Source: Monocercomonoides exilis PA203
Lineage: Eukaryota > Protista > Preaxostyla
NCBI GenBank assembly: GCA_001643675.2
Contig: LSRY02000013.1
Coordinates: 806,001-870,000 of the forward strand
Direction of reading: 5' to 3'
DNA length: 64,000 nt
The notes beneath the pieces are model-generated. The model was not told the origin of the DNA, did no database searches, and saw nothing but the letters and a program-made list of their open reading frames with translations. Made by a program: the position numbers and the translations under genes. Shown here one piece after another: positions 9,618 to 26,469 of this stretch (the stretch's first letter is position 1; each line of letters opens with the position of its first letter).

Positions 9618-12600
9618 TCACATGTGCTTTTTGCTCCACTCAAGCTTTGGAAAGAGGGAGCCAATCTGATTCTGGTAGAGATCGCAGTAAACAATTGGTG
9701 TAACATCAACAAGTGCTGGCAAATCAGACAGACGAATATTCAACTTGTTTGCAAGCTGCTCATAAAACGGTACAAGTTTCTGATTTTGCCGAAGAGATTG
9801 AGTGATTTGCGTGCGGCTGTTGGATGTTTGAGCAGAAAATGGCGAAACAGAAGAGCGAGTTTGGATGCTGAACTGGCTGTCCCGCCCTGATGAAGAGGAT
9901 GAGGAGGAAGAGGATGAGGAGGAAGAAGAAGAAGAATTGCTTGAATGAGAAGAAGAAGATTGTGACACAGAAGCAGTTGATGATGATGATGGCAAAGTTG
10001 TAGAAGGAGAAGGAGAAGGTGTTGGAGAAGGCGAAGAAGAAGCTGAACGACGTTTCTGATGTTGAATTTGTTGAGGCTGCTTCATTGAAGAATTGGCAGA
10101 AACAGAATGCAGAGGAGACGAGCCTGTCTGCTTGTTAATTGAAGACAAAGGTTTTGGAGGAGTTAGAGATCGAGCTGTCATAATTGAAGCAGAAGAAGCA
10201 GAAGAAGCAGACGCAGAAGAAACAGGAGATGAGGACGTAGATGATGAAAGTGGAGTAGGAATCTGCTGTTTTTGAGGAGAAGGATATCGAACCGAATATT
10301 GAGAAGCAGAAGAATGAGAAATAAACATGCTCAGCTTCTGGAGTGAAGCAGCCTGCTGTCGAAGCGGAGTTGAAAGCGAGGTCATTGTGTGGCTGAATTG
10401 CTGGTTCTGAGAAGAAGAAGAAGGGTTGTGAGGTGACTGATTGTTCAGCGGAGAGTGAGAGACGGGTGAGATTGCCAAAGATTGAGGAGTTAGCTGGCGC
10501 ATTGGAGTGGCTGAGGGAGAATGTGAAGAAGAAGATGGAGATGTTCTGTTATCTGTGTTGTGCATATGCGACAAAGAAAGCATTCGTGATGAGAAAGCAC
10601 CAGAAGGAGAGGAAGATGAAGGAGACACAGAGAAAGGAGATGGGATCTGCCCTTGTTGCAGAGGAGAAGCCGATGAAATGGCAGAAAGTGGGCGCTGGGT
10701 GACTTGCGGGTAGTTCAGAGGAGAGATGGAAGAAGGATTGAGCGAAAGAGAAGGAGGTGGGGTGTGTGTTGTTGATGCAGGAGATATCGACATTGAATTC
10801 CGAATGGATGAAGTGGAAGGCGTTTGATGGAGGGAATTGGAATTTTGAGGGGAGTCAGATGGAACGGGAAGTGACTGAGATGAATGTGGAATGACCTTTG
10901 AAGTGGATGGAGTGCTGATGGATGACTGGGAAGGCGAAGAGGAAGTCAAAGCTGTTGGAGCAGCTGCCGTTGAAGATGACATTGCTGAAGAAGAAGGCGA
11001 AGAAGCAAAAGGAGATGAAGAAGGAGAAAAAGAAGAAGAAGAGGAGGAGGAGGAGGAAGGGTTGGATGGTGAAGAAGATGCGGAAGGAGTTGCAGATTTT
11101 GACAGGCCGCTTCCCAAAGATGACAATCGAGGCCTGTCTGCTGCAAGAAAGCGACGTGAACTCAACGAAAAGCGGTTCTGAGCAGAGTTTGTGGGAGAAG
11201 TGGAGTTTATCTGAGCAGCCAGAGAAGCAAGTGCAGAAGGAGCAGAAGACATGATTGATGAGAGGCTTGTGGGTGTTTGGAGAGTGCTTGAGAACAATGA
11301 CGATGATGATGGGGATGACGAAGAAGGCGATGATGATAATGCTGATGATGACGGAGATTGAGAGGGAGAAGAAGATATTGAAGATGAAGTGTCTGCGGGG
11401 TTCAGTGGCGATGAAGTGGTCAGGGATATAACAGATGTTGAAGAAGAAGCCGAGGTAATTGGAGTTGCAGGTGTGGTTGTGGAAGAAGAAGAAGGAGAAG
11501 GCGAAAATGGTGATGGAGAACTTTGAATGGGCAAGTCTTCTTTCTTGATAGAGAACTCCATCGGCTTTTGAGGCAAAATTGATTCATGAGAATTCGAGAA
11601 AGGCACATTCTCTTGAGTCGCAGGCGTTTGAGCAGCTATCTTCTGGTGCAGCATAAACAGCGATGTTGATCCATTTGTGAGTGATGTCTGAATCTGTCCG
11701 ATTGGACGCTTGTTGGACAATTCGTGTGAATTAATCCGAGATGTCTCCTGTTTAATCGTTGAGTGTTTTGCTTCTGCCATTTTCCTCGCGTTCCTTTCAC
11801 TTTCTTTTTGTGCTCTTCTCTGCTTCTTCCTCCGTAAAGCCAGTCGGCGCCTTCGTGATATAACCGGACTTGGAGGTGGCGACGGATTCTTTGGACGCGG
11901 CACCTGGCGCGAAATGGGGCCAGTTGTCCTTTTCGTGGCACTTCTGAAACGATATGTGACAAACCCTGAGCTGCCGTCCTGCTGTGTGAATGAGACAAAG
12001 CTGTTAAGAACGTTCGGAATGTGATAGCGAACAGGTGCATTGTGCTTGGTGGTTGTGGTTGTGACCATGTCTGAAGACTTGCTTGAACTGAGCAGCCGTT
12101 CTGTTCGAGCTGCTTTTAGTTTAGCTCCGCCCATTGCCAACTGATACTCGTAGTACAATCTGTACTCTTCCAAGTTGGTGGGGATGGGGAATGAGCCAAC
12201 AGATGCAATCCTTGGCAAAGAAACAGGAGTCTGTGTGAAGTAATCAGATGTCGTCTGCCAGAACACTCTGTCTGATGAAGAGGTTGGAAAGACAGTTGTA
12301 GATGAAAAAGAAGGAGAAGAAGGAGAGAAAGGTGTTGATGAAGCAGAATTATCTGCCGAGTCTTTTCTGTTGTTGAGTCTCAAATTGAATGAAACAGGTG
12401 CTCTGCGTACCATCTGTGCCCTCATCACACTCTTCCACAGCTCGTCTTCGCTTTGAAGGAGCGACAGCTGTCGATAGAAGGATGTCATCAAAGGCGAGGA
12501 AGGATGTGGGAATTGCAAAACAGACGACGAAAATGAAGATTTCTTGTTGTTTCGTGAAGAACCCTTTTCGTTTTCACTCTCATTTTCATCTTCATCCGTA

Positions 12601-15600
12601 CTGATTCTCTTCGCAATGGAAGATAAAAGATGTGTGTGGAGATGAATTCGTGTGCCAAAAAGCGGGCTGTTCTCATAAAAATCAAGACAAGCCTCAGGAT
12701 TAGCAAAGGAAGGAATCGTCTCTTTATCACTAGATGATGAATAAGCTGTTATATTTTTCTTGTTCGATTCACTCGAATTGTTTTCGCTTCCTGTGAACTC
12801 TTTTGAAGCTGGTTTTTCACCGCAAGTGAGCAAGCGAGGATACGGGAATGAAGGCTGAGGCAGATCTTTCTCCAGCTCAAGTGATGCTCCTTTCTTCTTC
12901 TTTTGTCCGTTCGACATTTCGTTCAAAAATCTGATCCGCTGCACAACATCGAAGGCATTCATGTAGCGGCTCTTCGCTTCTTCCTCGTTGTGAGAGAGGA
13001 TTCCAGACAGCATCTTCGAGAAAAGTGCAGAGTTGTGTGCCGTCAGAAGACGCAGATTATCTTGAAGCATCAGAATAATCGCATCGACGATGGAAATGGA
13101 AGAATGAATAATTGCGTCATTTGAAGAATTCATTAATTTTGTGTTTGTTGAGACATCATCAGAATTTGTTTCTTTTCTCTGTGCATTTCTCTTTTGAACT
13201 GTCATCGATTTTGTTTCTTTCGTTTCTTTTTCTTTGGAAAATGGATTTGAAGCGGCTGAATGCAACGAATTTAGCAGATTGTTCTTTCTTGTTGCCATCC
13301 TCTTTTGATGCTCTATCTTTCTTTTTGCAATTTTCTCCTTCATTTTTATGATTTCCTCTTCTTCCTTTTTCAGTTTCTCCGAATCATCATCTGCGCTCTT
13401 CTGCAACAGAGAAGGTGATTCAATCGCTTTTCTTTCCATATTTTTCGATTTCTCCACAAAACCCCCCAGCTCGTTCCAGCATTGCTGCTCTGATATCATC
13501 CGCTGCTGCACTTCGCTCAAAGAAATGCCATCCAACGGAGCCCACCATTCGTCTTCTCCAAATGTTATGGACATTTTCAGAATGTTCTGCGCAACGAAAT
13601 CTTTGCTGCAGATCTCAGAAGAGGTGAGATGATGCAGAATAAGTTGCAGTGCAGGTCGTGTGTCGAATGATGGAGAAACTAAATTAAAAGCATCAGAATC
13701 TATTGAAGAAGATGATGATGATGAAGGAATGCAGATATCTATTTTTTGAGGAAGTGTTAACGAAAACGAAAACGGAGACAGACTCAGAGCATCCAGAACA
13801 GGCCGTGGAGGAGGAGGCAGCAACGATTCTGAGAAAAGTGGTGACAAACAGATTGATCTGAGCTTTGTGGCACCAAAAGTGGCGTGCTGAAGATGGTGTC
13901 TTGGGAAGAGCGAAGGATACATTGCAGACAGCTCGTCCAGCGACAACTGGCAATCTGCAAGAATTGCTTGCTGAGTCAGTGCGGCTGGTTGCCTCACAAA
14001 CGAAGTGTTTGTTCTGCCCTGAAACTGGGCGTCGCTGGAGGAGCTTGTCGTGTCTGTGCTTTCGTCGGTTGTCGAGTCGTCGTCTGAGTTGCTGCGCCCA
14101 GCTTGATTTCTGCGGGAGTTCGACTGCTGAATGGCTCGGGAGAAGTTTAGGGCGTATTTCACTTTCTTCGAAGGGACAGGCACAGCAGGGTAAATAAAGG
14201 CATCATTTTCGTCTGGGCTGAGGTATTCCTGAACTTCGGTTGTTTTTGGAGGTGGCTCAACAATGTACACATCACTCTCTCCCTGAACCTCTGTTGACTC
14301 TGACGATTCAGACAGGTCTTTCAATTCTTCTGTTTCGAATGATTTTGTCACTTCAATTGATTGAATGGATTCTTTTATTTTGTTTATGTCTGCAGTTTCT
14401 GCTATTTCTGGTGTTTGAGGAGGTGTTGTTATCGCTGAAACATGTGTCTCTTGCAAAATCTCTGGTTGTTGCTGTGATTGCAATGACTGTTCACTCTGAA
14501 CAGATGCTGGCAATGTCTGAGAAGATTCAGAACCATCTGGCGAAGAACTCGCAAATTGCGTGTCTTCTTCAGATTTCTTTTCTCTTTCGTCTTTGACCCG
14601 TTCATCATCAATGCTGTTCTCTTCGATTTTTCCTTTATCATTATATTTAACTTCAGAAGATATTAAAGAAGGCAAATTTACTCTCTCCTTTCTCTCCTTC
14701 TTTATTGTCACAGTGAAATATTTTGGTGTGGCCTCCCTGTCACCTTCATTTGTCTTCCATTGCAGCATCTCCAAGTACGTTTTTGGTCTTCGAAAAGCAA
14801 ACGCAACAACTTCAGGTGAATGTGTCTTATTTGGGAAGTATCCTTCTTCTTGAGGAAGAAGTGGAAACAGGAACGAAGAGAGAGCGGCTGAAAGAGAGGC
14901 AGACGGGCTGAATGTGGATCGAGTGGCAAAGTAGTAATCGTCGTGTGTCAGCCCATGCAGCTGCTCAAGCTGTGCAATCAACCGAGATCCCGACTGTTTC
15001 TTGCTTTGCTCCTCAGACGAATACTTTCCTTCTTCGGTAGCATTATGAGATCCATCTTGAATGGCTGATGCTTTTTCTTCTTTGAGCGCTTCTTCTTCCA
15101 TCGCAATCTGAGCAGACACAGAAGAAGTTATAAACAAAGCTGAATTTTTCTCGAATGGCGATTTCAAAATGCGTTCAGTGATGTCTGTTTGGCTTTCTTC
15201 CTTCAATTCTGCCGGTTCCTCTTTCAGTGACTTCTCTTCTTTGACAGCTGCTGCCTGCTTTTCTTTGTGTTCCTTGATAATTGCTTCAGCCTTCACGAGA
15301 ATAGATGACACATCCATTCTTTCTCTTTCTGCCTCCTCTGCATAGTTTTCAATCTGTGCTCGTATCATTGAAATGATCTCTTCTTTGATTTCAACGAAAA
15401 ATGTTCCCATAAAATCAATCAATGTGAAATATTCTTCAGTCAGTGATGATCCAACAAGGAACTGCGACGAGCCACGAGTCGAGTTGGCAATCACACGCAT
15501 CGATGAAAACATGGAAGAAGTTGGGAAAGGTGATGACGTTGAAATAGGAAGACCATCCAAACGATTAGAACCTTGTTGTTCACTGATCGGAGTCTGGCCT

Positions 15601-18600
15601 TTAGAAAGAGAAGGAAATGGAAGAAACTGAAACGGAAGCTCGAGCAGATCTTTCCATATTTTATCTTGCTTCTCCGGTGGCAAAGTCAAAAATGGAGCCG
15701 GCAAAGAAAGATAACCATTCTCATCCTTCAAAGAATTCATCATTTCACGCGCTTCGGGAGGCTGTGCAACAGGTGGAGGGACAGTTCTCCATTTGATCTC
15801 TTCCATTGATTGAATGCGTGTCTGCGCATCGTAACTTTCTGACAAACCATTCCTTCTGATTTGCAAATATGATGTTGAAATATCTCCATCTCCATCTCCA
15901 TTTCTGCTTCCTTTCCCAGCATTGCGTAATGAAACAACCTTTACCACATCCAAAAGTTGCTTCCATCTTCTGTGATTAGCCATAGAAACTGTTTGTGATT
16001 GCACAAGTGACAGAGAAGCGGAATAGCAATGAGGCCAATGCTGTGGAGGTGCGAGACTTGGAGGAGGCATCGGAGTATGAATGCAAAATGATGCGATGTT
16101 TTTGGTTGGAAATGGAAAGATGGGAATTGCTTGCCTTCTTTCCTCTTGGTTGTGTTCTTTTCTATCTTGCATTGTTATCAACTGTCCAGCCATCAGCATC
16201 TCTAAGTACTTCACGAGCAGTGATACTGTCTTTCTGGCAACAGCCTCTTGAAACGGGATCTTAATTCCCAGTGCCAGAGCATCTGTTGCTTCGAGCAAAT
16301 GCCCTCGCTGTTCAGCTAGTGCTCTCTTGGTTTTCATTCTCATCAGCGTCCTTTCACTGTGCTTCTTCTTCTTCTTCTTCTTCTTCTGCACCTTCCTCAC
16401 ATTGCCTTCCTCATCAACCTCCTCTTCTTCTGCATCTGTTCCACTTGTTTCTTCGTCAGCAAACTGAAAGCATGTGCGAACAAAAGTCGATTCTGCAACA
16501 TTTCCAATCGAAAAAAGACCTTTCACAGCATCATCCATCGCTCGCTTCAGGCTCTTTTGGACACTCGATGATGACAACACAGAAGAAGATGGCGTGGTGT
16601 GTGTAAAGTCGCGCCCAAACAACGGATAGAACATCACAGACAGCAACTGTGCTCCAACTCCATTTGGAGCAAAAGGTTGCATTTTTGTGTGATCTCGCGC
16701 AGAAACAGGAGCGAGTGAAGTGCTGTTGATCATACCGTTTATCATATTTTGAGCATGTTTGATTCGATCTTTTGTCCAGTCACGTTTCAAAATAGTGTCA
16801 AAAATACGTGTTGAGACTTCAACTTCAGTCTGATTCATTTTCAGACCAATCAACCCAAATAACTCCAGCAATGCATCTACTCCTTCGCTCAGCATATTCA
16901 CATGTAGCATTTCCTTTTCAATCTCTCTTGCGCGCCCTCTTTCTCTCTCTCTCACTTTTTCTCCCCCTGGTGCTTTGATCGCGCGCATACCTTCATCAAG
17001 AACGGATAATCGCATTCGAACACGTTCTATTTGTGTTGCCAGAGACTGTGATGACTTGTCTCGCTCCATCTCCAATCTGCTTTCCAGTTTTTCCACAGCC
17101 ATTTCCCTTGCTCTTGCTCTCACCCTCAGCCCTGATAATCCAATTGGTAGCATCGGCTTGATTGGAGACAGTCCAGTTCCCGATGCAGCAGATAGCAAGC
17201 GCCGCTGAGGAAGGATATGCCTCCCGCGCCCAGCCTGCCCGCCTGGCCTAGACGGTCGCACAATTCCCGAATGGAGGCTGCCCTGAGCTGTCAGCGAGAC
17301 GCCTCCAAAATGAGATGCAACGCGGCCTCTTTGGCGGTGGAAAGCAGTGGCTGGCTCGTTCTCAGTAGATTGAGCAGTCGTGCCATCTGTCGTGGTCTTG
17401 ATCGGCTTGACAACAGAAGGATGAGTGACAACGTATCTGCTAACAGGCATGAAGAATTGGTATAAATGACTGGAGATCCACGGACGGCGCAGGACGGCAT
17501 ATTTGCTTCGAAAGTTCAGATTGATGATGGGGAGAGGAGGAACATCCAGTTCTGAAGGATTTGTGGGATCTTCTGAAATTGCCGCAGAAGAAGAAGAAGA
17601 AGAAGAAGAAACAGAATTTGATGAGGAAGATGAAGCAGAAGAAGATGATGATGCAGAAGCTTCTTCTGCTTTTGGCAAAGAAATTGTCGAATCATCTTCG
17701 TTAGCATGTTGATCAGGCTGTACACTTAATGAGTTTCCTTCAGATGCATTCTCCGTTGCATTATCTTTCTGATCTTTATCTCCTTTCTTGTCTGCTTCTT
17801 CATTTTGCTTGCTTTCATTATTTTCAGTCTTTTGTGTGTCTTGCCTTCCAGTAAGCTCCTCAATAGGAAGACAGCCAATAAACTGTCCTTTATAAAATGA
17901 ACAATATTGGCTTATTCCTGCGGTGTGCTCACCATTATATGCAATGCGTAGTTTGAATTCTCGAATATCAGACTGGGTTGCGTCTCGATGCTTATGAGTT
18001 GTCTTTTTGTCTTTCTTTGTTTTCTGTTTTCCCTTCTGTTTTTGGCTCAATTGAGCGTCTTCAGTTAAAAAATTATCTTCCAGGTTGCGAGAAAGAAGCT
18101 GTGGATCTACCAAATTTGAAAGTATTTTCTTTTTATCTTCCCACACTCTTTTTTGTTTATTAAACATTTCCCCTAAAGTGTCCGAAACTCCAAAACCAAC
18201 TTCAGGATAAAATTTTTGTGCCTGATGATTGCATTGAAATTCAAGTGAAGGAATGTCTGTAAAATTTCAAGTGCATTGAGAAAATTGTTTTAAAAAAAGT
18301 CAAACCTATTTCATCGTCCGTAGAAGGAACTATTGAATTTTTTGGGGAATCTTGTGCTGAACTTTCTCTAAAAATCAAATTTTAACAATATAAAAGCATT
18401 TATAAACAGCAAACTGATGACTTAAAGCCTGAATGTCAAATTTTGAAAGATTATTTGCAACAATCATTCATATAATAATATAAAATATAAAATAAAATTG
18501 AATGCAATGTTAATATAATATTGATGCTATTGTAAAAAAGAATAAGCCTCTATAAATTGAAATTATTAAGAAACTTATCAAAATATGATTTTCAAACTTT

Positions 18601-18835
18601 TCTTTGCTGATTGCCTAAATTCAGATGTGATCCATTGCAAGCTTAATGGATTATTACGTTCAAATGTTAGGATTAAATCTTCATTTGCTTTTGTTGTCGT
18701 ATCTATGCTTTCTAACTTCAAAAGATCATCATCAGAAATCATATCAACAACATTTTCAGTCTTGCAAAGTTTTTGTGTTAACGCAAAAAGGTCCTGTGAC
18801 TTTTTAAAAAATGTCTGAAATAAGTCTTCAGCCAT
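9618..18835 (-). CDS. Very large hypothetical Ser/Pro-rich protein (main exon 9618-~18256; short upstream exons probable)
   Basis: 2849-aa open frame that extends upstream to an acceptor near 18257. A candidate exon at ~18306-18367 is bounded by AG/GTTTG, and ORF 18578-18835 has an internal GTTTG donor. The upstream exon structure is uncertain. Basic NLS-like tracts are present; no domain recognised. Confidence 0.7.
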
Positions 18836-18947
18836 TTTGATTTATGGCTTTAACAAAAAGAAAAGCAGAAAATAATTTTTAAAGAGAAAATAAAGCAAAT
18901 AGTGGGTGAAGTGTAATTTTCTGCAATTATTAAAAACAACGCTGTAT

Positions 18948-19777
18948 TCATTCTTTCCATGAATCAATCATTGCTCTGCATGCTTTTACATATCCTTCGA
19001 AATGTTGCTTTGCAACAGGATTATTTGTACTTGTGACATCTTCAACATTTGGAGCATATTCATACCACAAAAGTGCTTCTTGCATTGGCTTTTCTTCAAT
19101 ATCCATATCCTTCGCAGTGCTAACCGCTGTTTCTTCACTTTTTGCTGTTATTGGTTGTACCTCTTTAACCAAAGGAACTGAGGCATCAAGCTCTGGCTTT
19201 ATTTCTTTCTCTTCTTTAACTTCGTCTTCTTCATCTTCATCTTCGTCAGCAAGTTTCATTCGTTTCTTTCCAGCAAATTCAACCTCAAGTTTATCTTTTG
19301 GATCCTCTTTGATGCTTGCCTGTTCTTCTTTCATTGCCATTTTCTTTTTAGCCAACAGAAAACGACTCAGTGAAGATCCCCTTGGCGAAAGAGGAGGACT
19401 TTTCACAGAAGAAGATGAAGAAGAAGAGCTCTCAGAACTGCCTTCAGCTGCATCCATCCCAAACATTGCCTGAGAAGGAAAGTCAGTGAATTTTCTTTTG
19501 GAGATGCGAGAGAGATACGGTTTGAAGTCTCTGAAATGCTCTTCGGGAATTGGCACACAAATCAGCCCTGTTTGTGGATGGATGGTCCAAGGTGATTTCA
19601 GAAGATGGTTAAATTTCTAATGTTTGAAACAATTTTTTATTTTAATTGGGAAAAAAAATTAGCAGAAGGCAAAAGAAGGAAATGAATTATCATGAAACAT
19701 TTATGAATGAAAAGCATTTATGAATTATCAATCGACATAAGCATGATAGAATATTATATTCCAAATAGAAAGGTTTT

Positions 19778-19812
<35 letters not shown>

Positions 19813-21229
19813 TCAAAAGCCATACCATTGACACGTTTTCATCAAGCCTTGGGAAGCAACAGTACAACTTAAATTTAGTTAATGCATAATCAAGAAGCAT
19901 ATCTTGCGGATTTGCAACATTCATGTGAAGAATTGTATTCCTGTTGGATATACAAAAGAAAAAAGAAAGAAAAGAAATAGGAAAAAGAAAGAAAAGGAAA
20001 AGGTGTAAATATTGAGTTTAAACTGAATTTTTAAATAGAATGATTTTTAAAGCTAACCAGATATCATAAGAAGAACTCTGAGATTCAATCATCGTTGTAA
20101 ATATTTTTCGGATGGCTTTTTTGGCTGTATTGTCGAAAATATCCAATTTGTTTATAAATTCGAGGTATTAATCATAAAATGAAAAAAAAAAAGAAAGAAA
20201 GAAATGCAAAATCATTTCAAACCGCTTTCTGTGCAAAAATCTAAAAATGTATCTCGAACTTCAGGTTTCTGAAATACATCCATTCCTCTCAAAATAACGT
20301 TTTCAAAATGTTTGTCGATTATTTCAACTGCCTGTAAAAGTGCTGGTGGAAGACAACGTGGAACATTTGCAACAGATCGTTTCTATTGTTAAATAATTTA
20401 ATTCATTTTGCAAAGTTGTTGACAAAAGAAATTAAGATTGGTTTGTAAAATAGAGTACAAAATAGCATCGTTCTTTCATCACACCTTCACAACACTGCAA
20501 TATCCAACAACGGCTGCTCGGCACTTCTCATCCAAAAACCGCGCACTTTCATCAAACACCCAACAATGCATACCTCTTCTCCCAGAAAATACCCAAACGA
20601 AATGATTCCATCCAAAATCTGTTGAAAGTACTCTGCTAAGAACATCGTGGGCGATCCACATTAATGGCCAGCATTTTTTACACAAACTGGCACCAGAGCA
20701 GCACGTTCTTATATCATCATAATCAGTTATATCAATATCAAATACAAGTTCTTTTTGAAGTGGTATCCAATCTTCTCCGTGAAGTTGTCGTTCTTTTGGC
20801 TAAAAAATGTGTTATTTTGAAGGAGTTCGGTTTTTAATGAAAAGTGAAAATTATTCAAATCAAACTTCAAAATTGTATACAGCACCAAGATCAAAACGAT
20901 ATGGATGACGCTGAATCATCTCCTCCCTGAAATTTTGAATTGATGAAAACGACAAAAAACGATTAACGTAGCCATCGATCGTCATTGTAAATTCCCTATG
21001 CGTAAAACATTCGTCTAAGTGTGTGCGTTCGTTAAAACAATCGCCAATTCAAATTAAACGTTCAAACCGTCATCATTTCGATATAAATCATAAAATTCTT
21101 TGTAGGGAAAGTAATTTTCTAAAGGACAAATATTTTATTTTAATTGACGTTATTCTCATTAATCAATTTTTCGTTCATACTAAAATATGAAGTGCATCTG
21201 CTGGGAGGAACGACAGCGTCTTTTTCCAT
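18948..21229 (-). CDS. PRIM1: DNA primase small (catalytic) subunit, 8 exons
   Basis: Spliced product contains NYFPYKEFY, HREFTM, RFDLGAVY, KELVFDIDITDYDDIRTCCSGASLCKKCW, WVFSGRRGMHCWV, FPRLDENVS and NHLLKSPWTIHPQTG. All introns traced are GT-AG and in phase. Confidence 0.95.
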
Positions 21230-21395
21230 TCGAATTTTGCGTTATATAATAATGGGAATGATATATCATCAATAAAAAATATTTGAACTTTTGCAAAAGA
21301 ATAAACAGTTAATTATTGATATTTTTTTATTTTCTTTTCCTGAAAAAATCACCATAATAATATTATTTTTGAACTCTTAAACTTCCTCACTTCTT
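21230..21395. promoter_or_regulatory. Short divergent intergenic region (putative bidirectional promoter)
   Basis: 166 bp between the head-to-head ATGs at 21229(-) and 21396(+). Confidence 0.45.
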
Positions 21396-25327
<3,932 letters not shown>

Positions 25328-25823
25328 TTTTTAATTTTGAAAATATTGTGTATTTATTATATTATTTGGAGAATGATAACTTCAGAATTGCTCAACCTTT
25401 TCTCGTTTTATTGTAACTAACTTTATCGGAAAAGAATTTATTTTAATGCAAAATTTTTATAAGTCTGTTGACCTGTTAAACAAAATGAATGAATAAAAAA
25501 TGTAAGAATTCCCAAATTATTTTCATCAAACAAAACAATTAACGAAATATAATTAACTTCAAATATGAAAACAAATTTTGAAGGTTAGATAATTACCCCA
25601 GTTTATAATATCTAGACAATAAAAAGAAAGCACTCTCAAATCTGAAATGTTTGATATGAATTGAATAAACGTCTCAAATTCAAACTACTGTTCAATAAAA
25701 AAAAAGGAAAAACAATATATTTATGTTCAAAATGTTCTTTTTGAAAGAAAACAATTGTTGTTGAAGGCAAATAGTTGTTTTTTTTCACTCACAAAAAGTG
25801 AAAAAGTTAAACAATATATAAAA

Positions 25824-25897
25824 CGAGCTAGGCAGGACTTGAACCTGCAACCTCCTGATCCGTAGTCAGGTGCTCTATCCAATTGAGCCACTAGCCC
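25824..25897 (-). tRNA. trnR-ACG: tRNA-Arg (anticodon ACG)
   Basis: Reverse complement GGGCTAGTGGCTCAATTGGATAGAGCACCTGACT-ACG-GATCAGGAGGTTGCAGGTTCAAGTCCTGCCTAGCTCG folds as a cloverleaf with A and B boxes and is followed by a TTTT Pol III terminator. Confidence 0.96.
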
Positions 25898-26469
25898 CTG
25901 GAATAGCGTGTCAAATACCCGGGAATAATTCCCTTTCTAATTATTAAAAAAGATCAAACATAAATAAATCCCATTTTGAGTACAAATTAAAATATTCTTT
26001 GTGATTTTTCTATCTTATATGAACAAGTTTGAGTGAAACATTTTGTAATTTAACAATTCATTAAAATGTTTGTTATATTCTTTCTTTATTTTTTTTTTCC
26101 AACTTCTAATTCTCTAATAATTTCTTTTTCATATTGTTCATTCTATTTTTCGATAAATCCAAACTAACGCAAGAATAATAGATATAATTATTCACCACAA
26201 TTCATGTGGAAGAATGTGCAAATAATGTTTTGTAAAAAACAACAAGTTTGTTCAGTTTTAATTGTTTTTATATCATTATTTGGTTTGTAATTAAATATTC
26301 TCATTGTGTGTGTAATATTCGCTAATATAAATGTTTTTATTGATTATTACGTTACGAATTCTTTCCAGTTGTTAGCAATCAAAAGACTGTACTTAAATGT
26401 ACTCGCGAAGAAGTAGATAATCCTATATGCAATTATAACGCCTGTGAAATAACAAGTCTCTTAATCATT

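Noticed and set aside
1917-18163. Numerous short overlapping or antisense ORFs within the two large genes (also inside 40355-52795)
   Set aside because: Shadow frames of low-complexity, codon-biased sequence with no independent motifs.
21252-21258. ATGGGAA motif upstream of both primase and the TyrRS-like gene (61903)
   Set aside because: Two occurrences of a 7-mer at different distances are not enough to call a promoter element.
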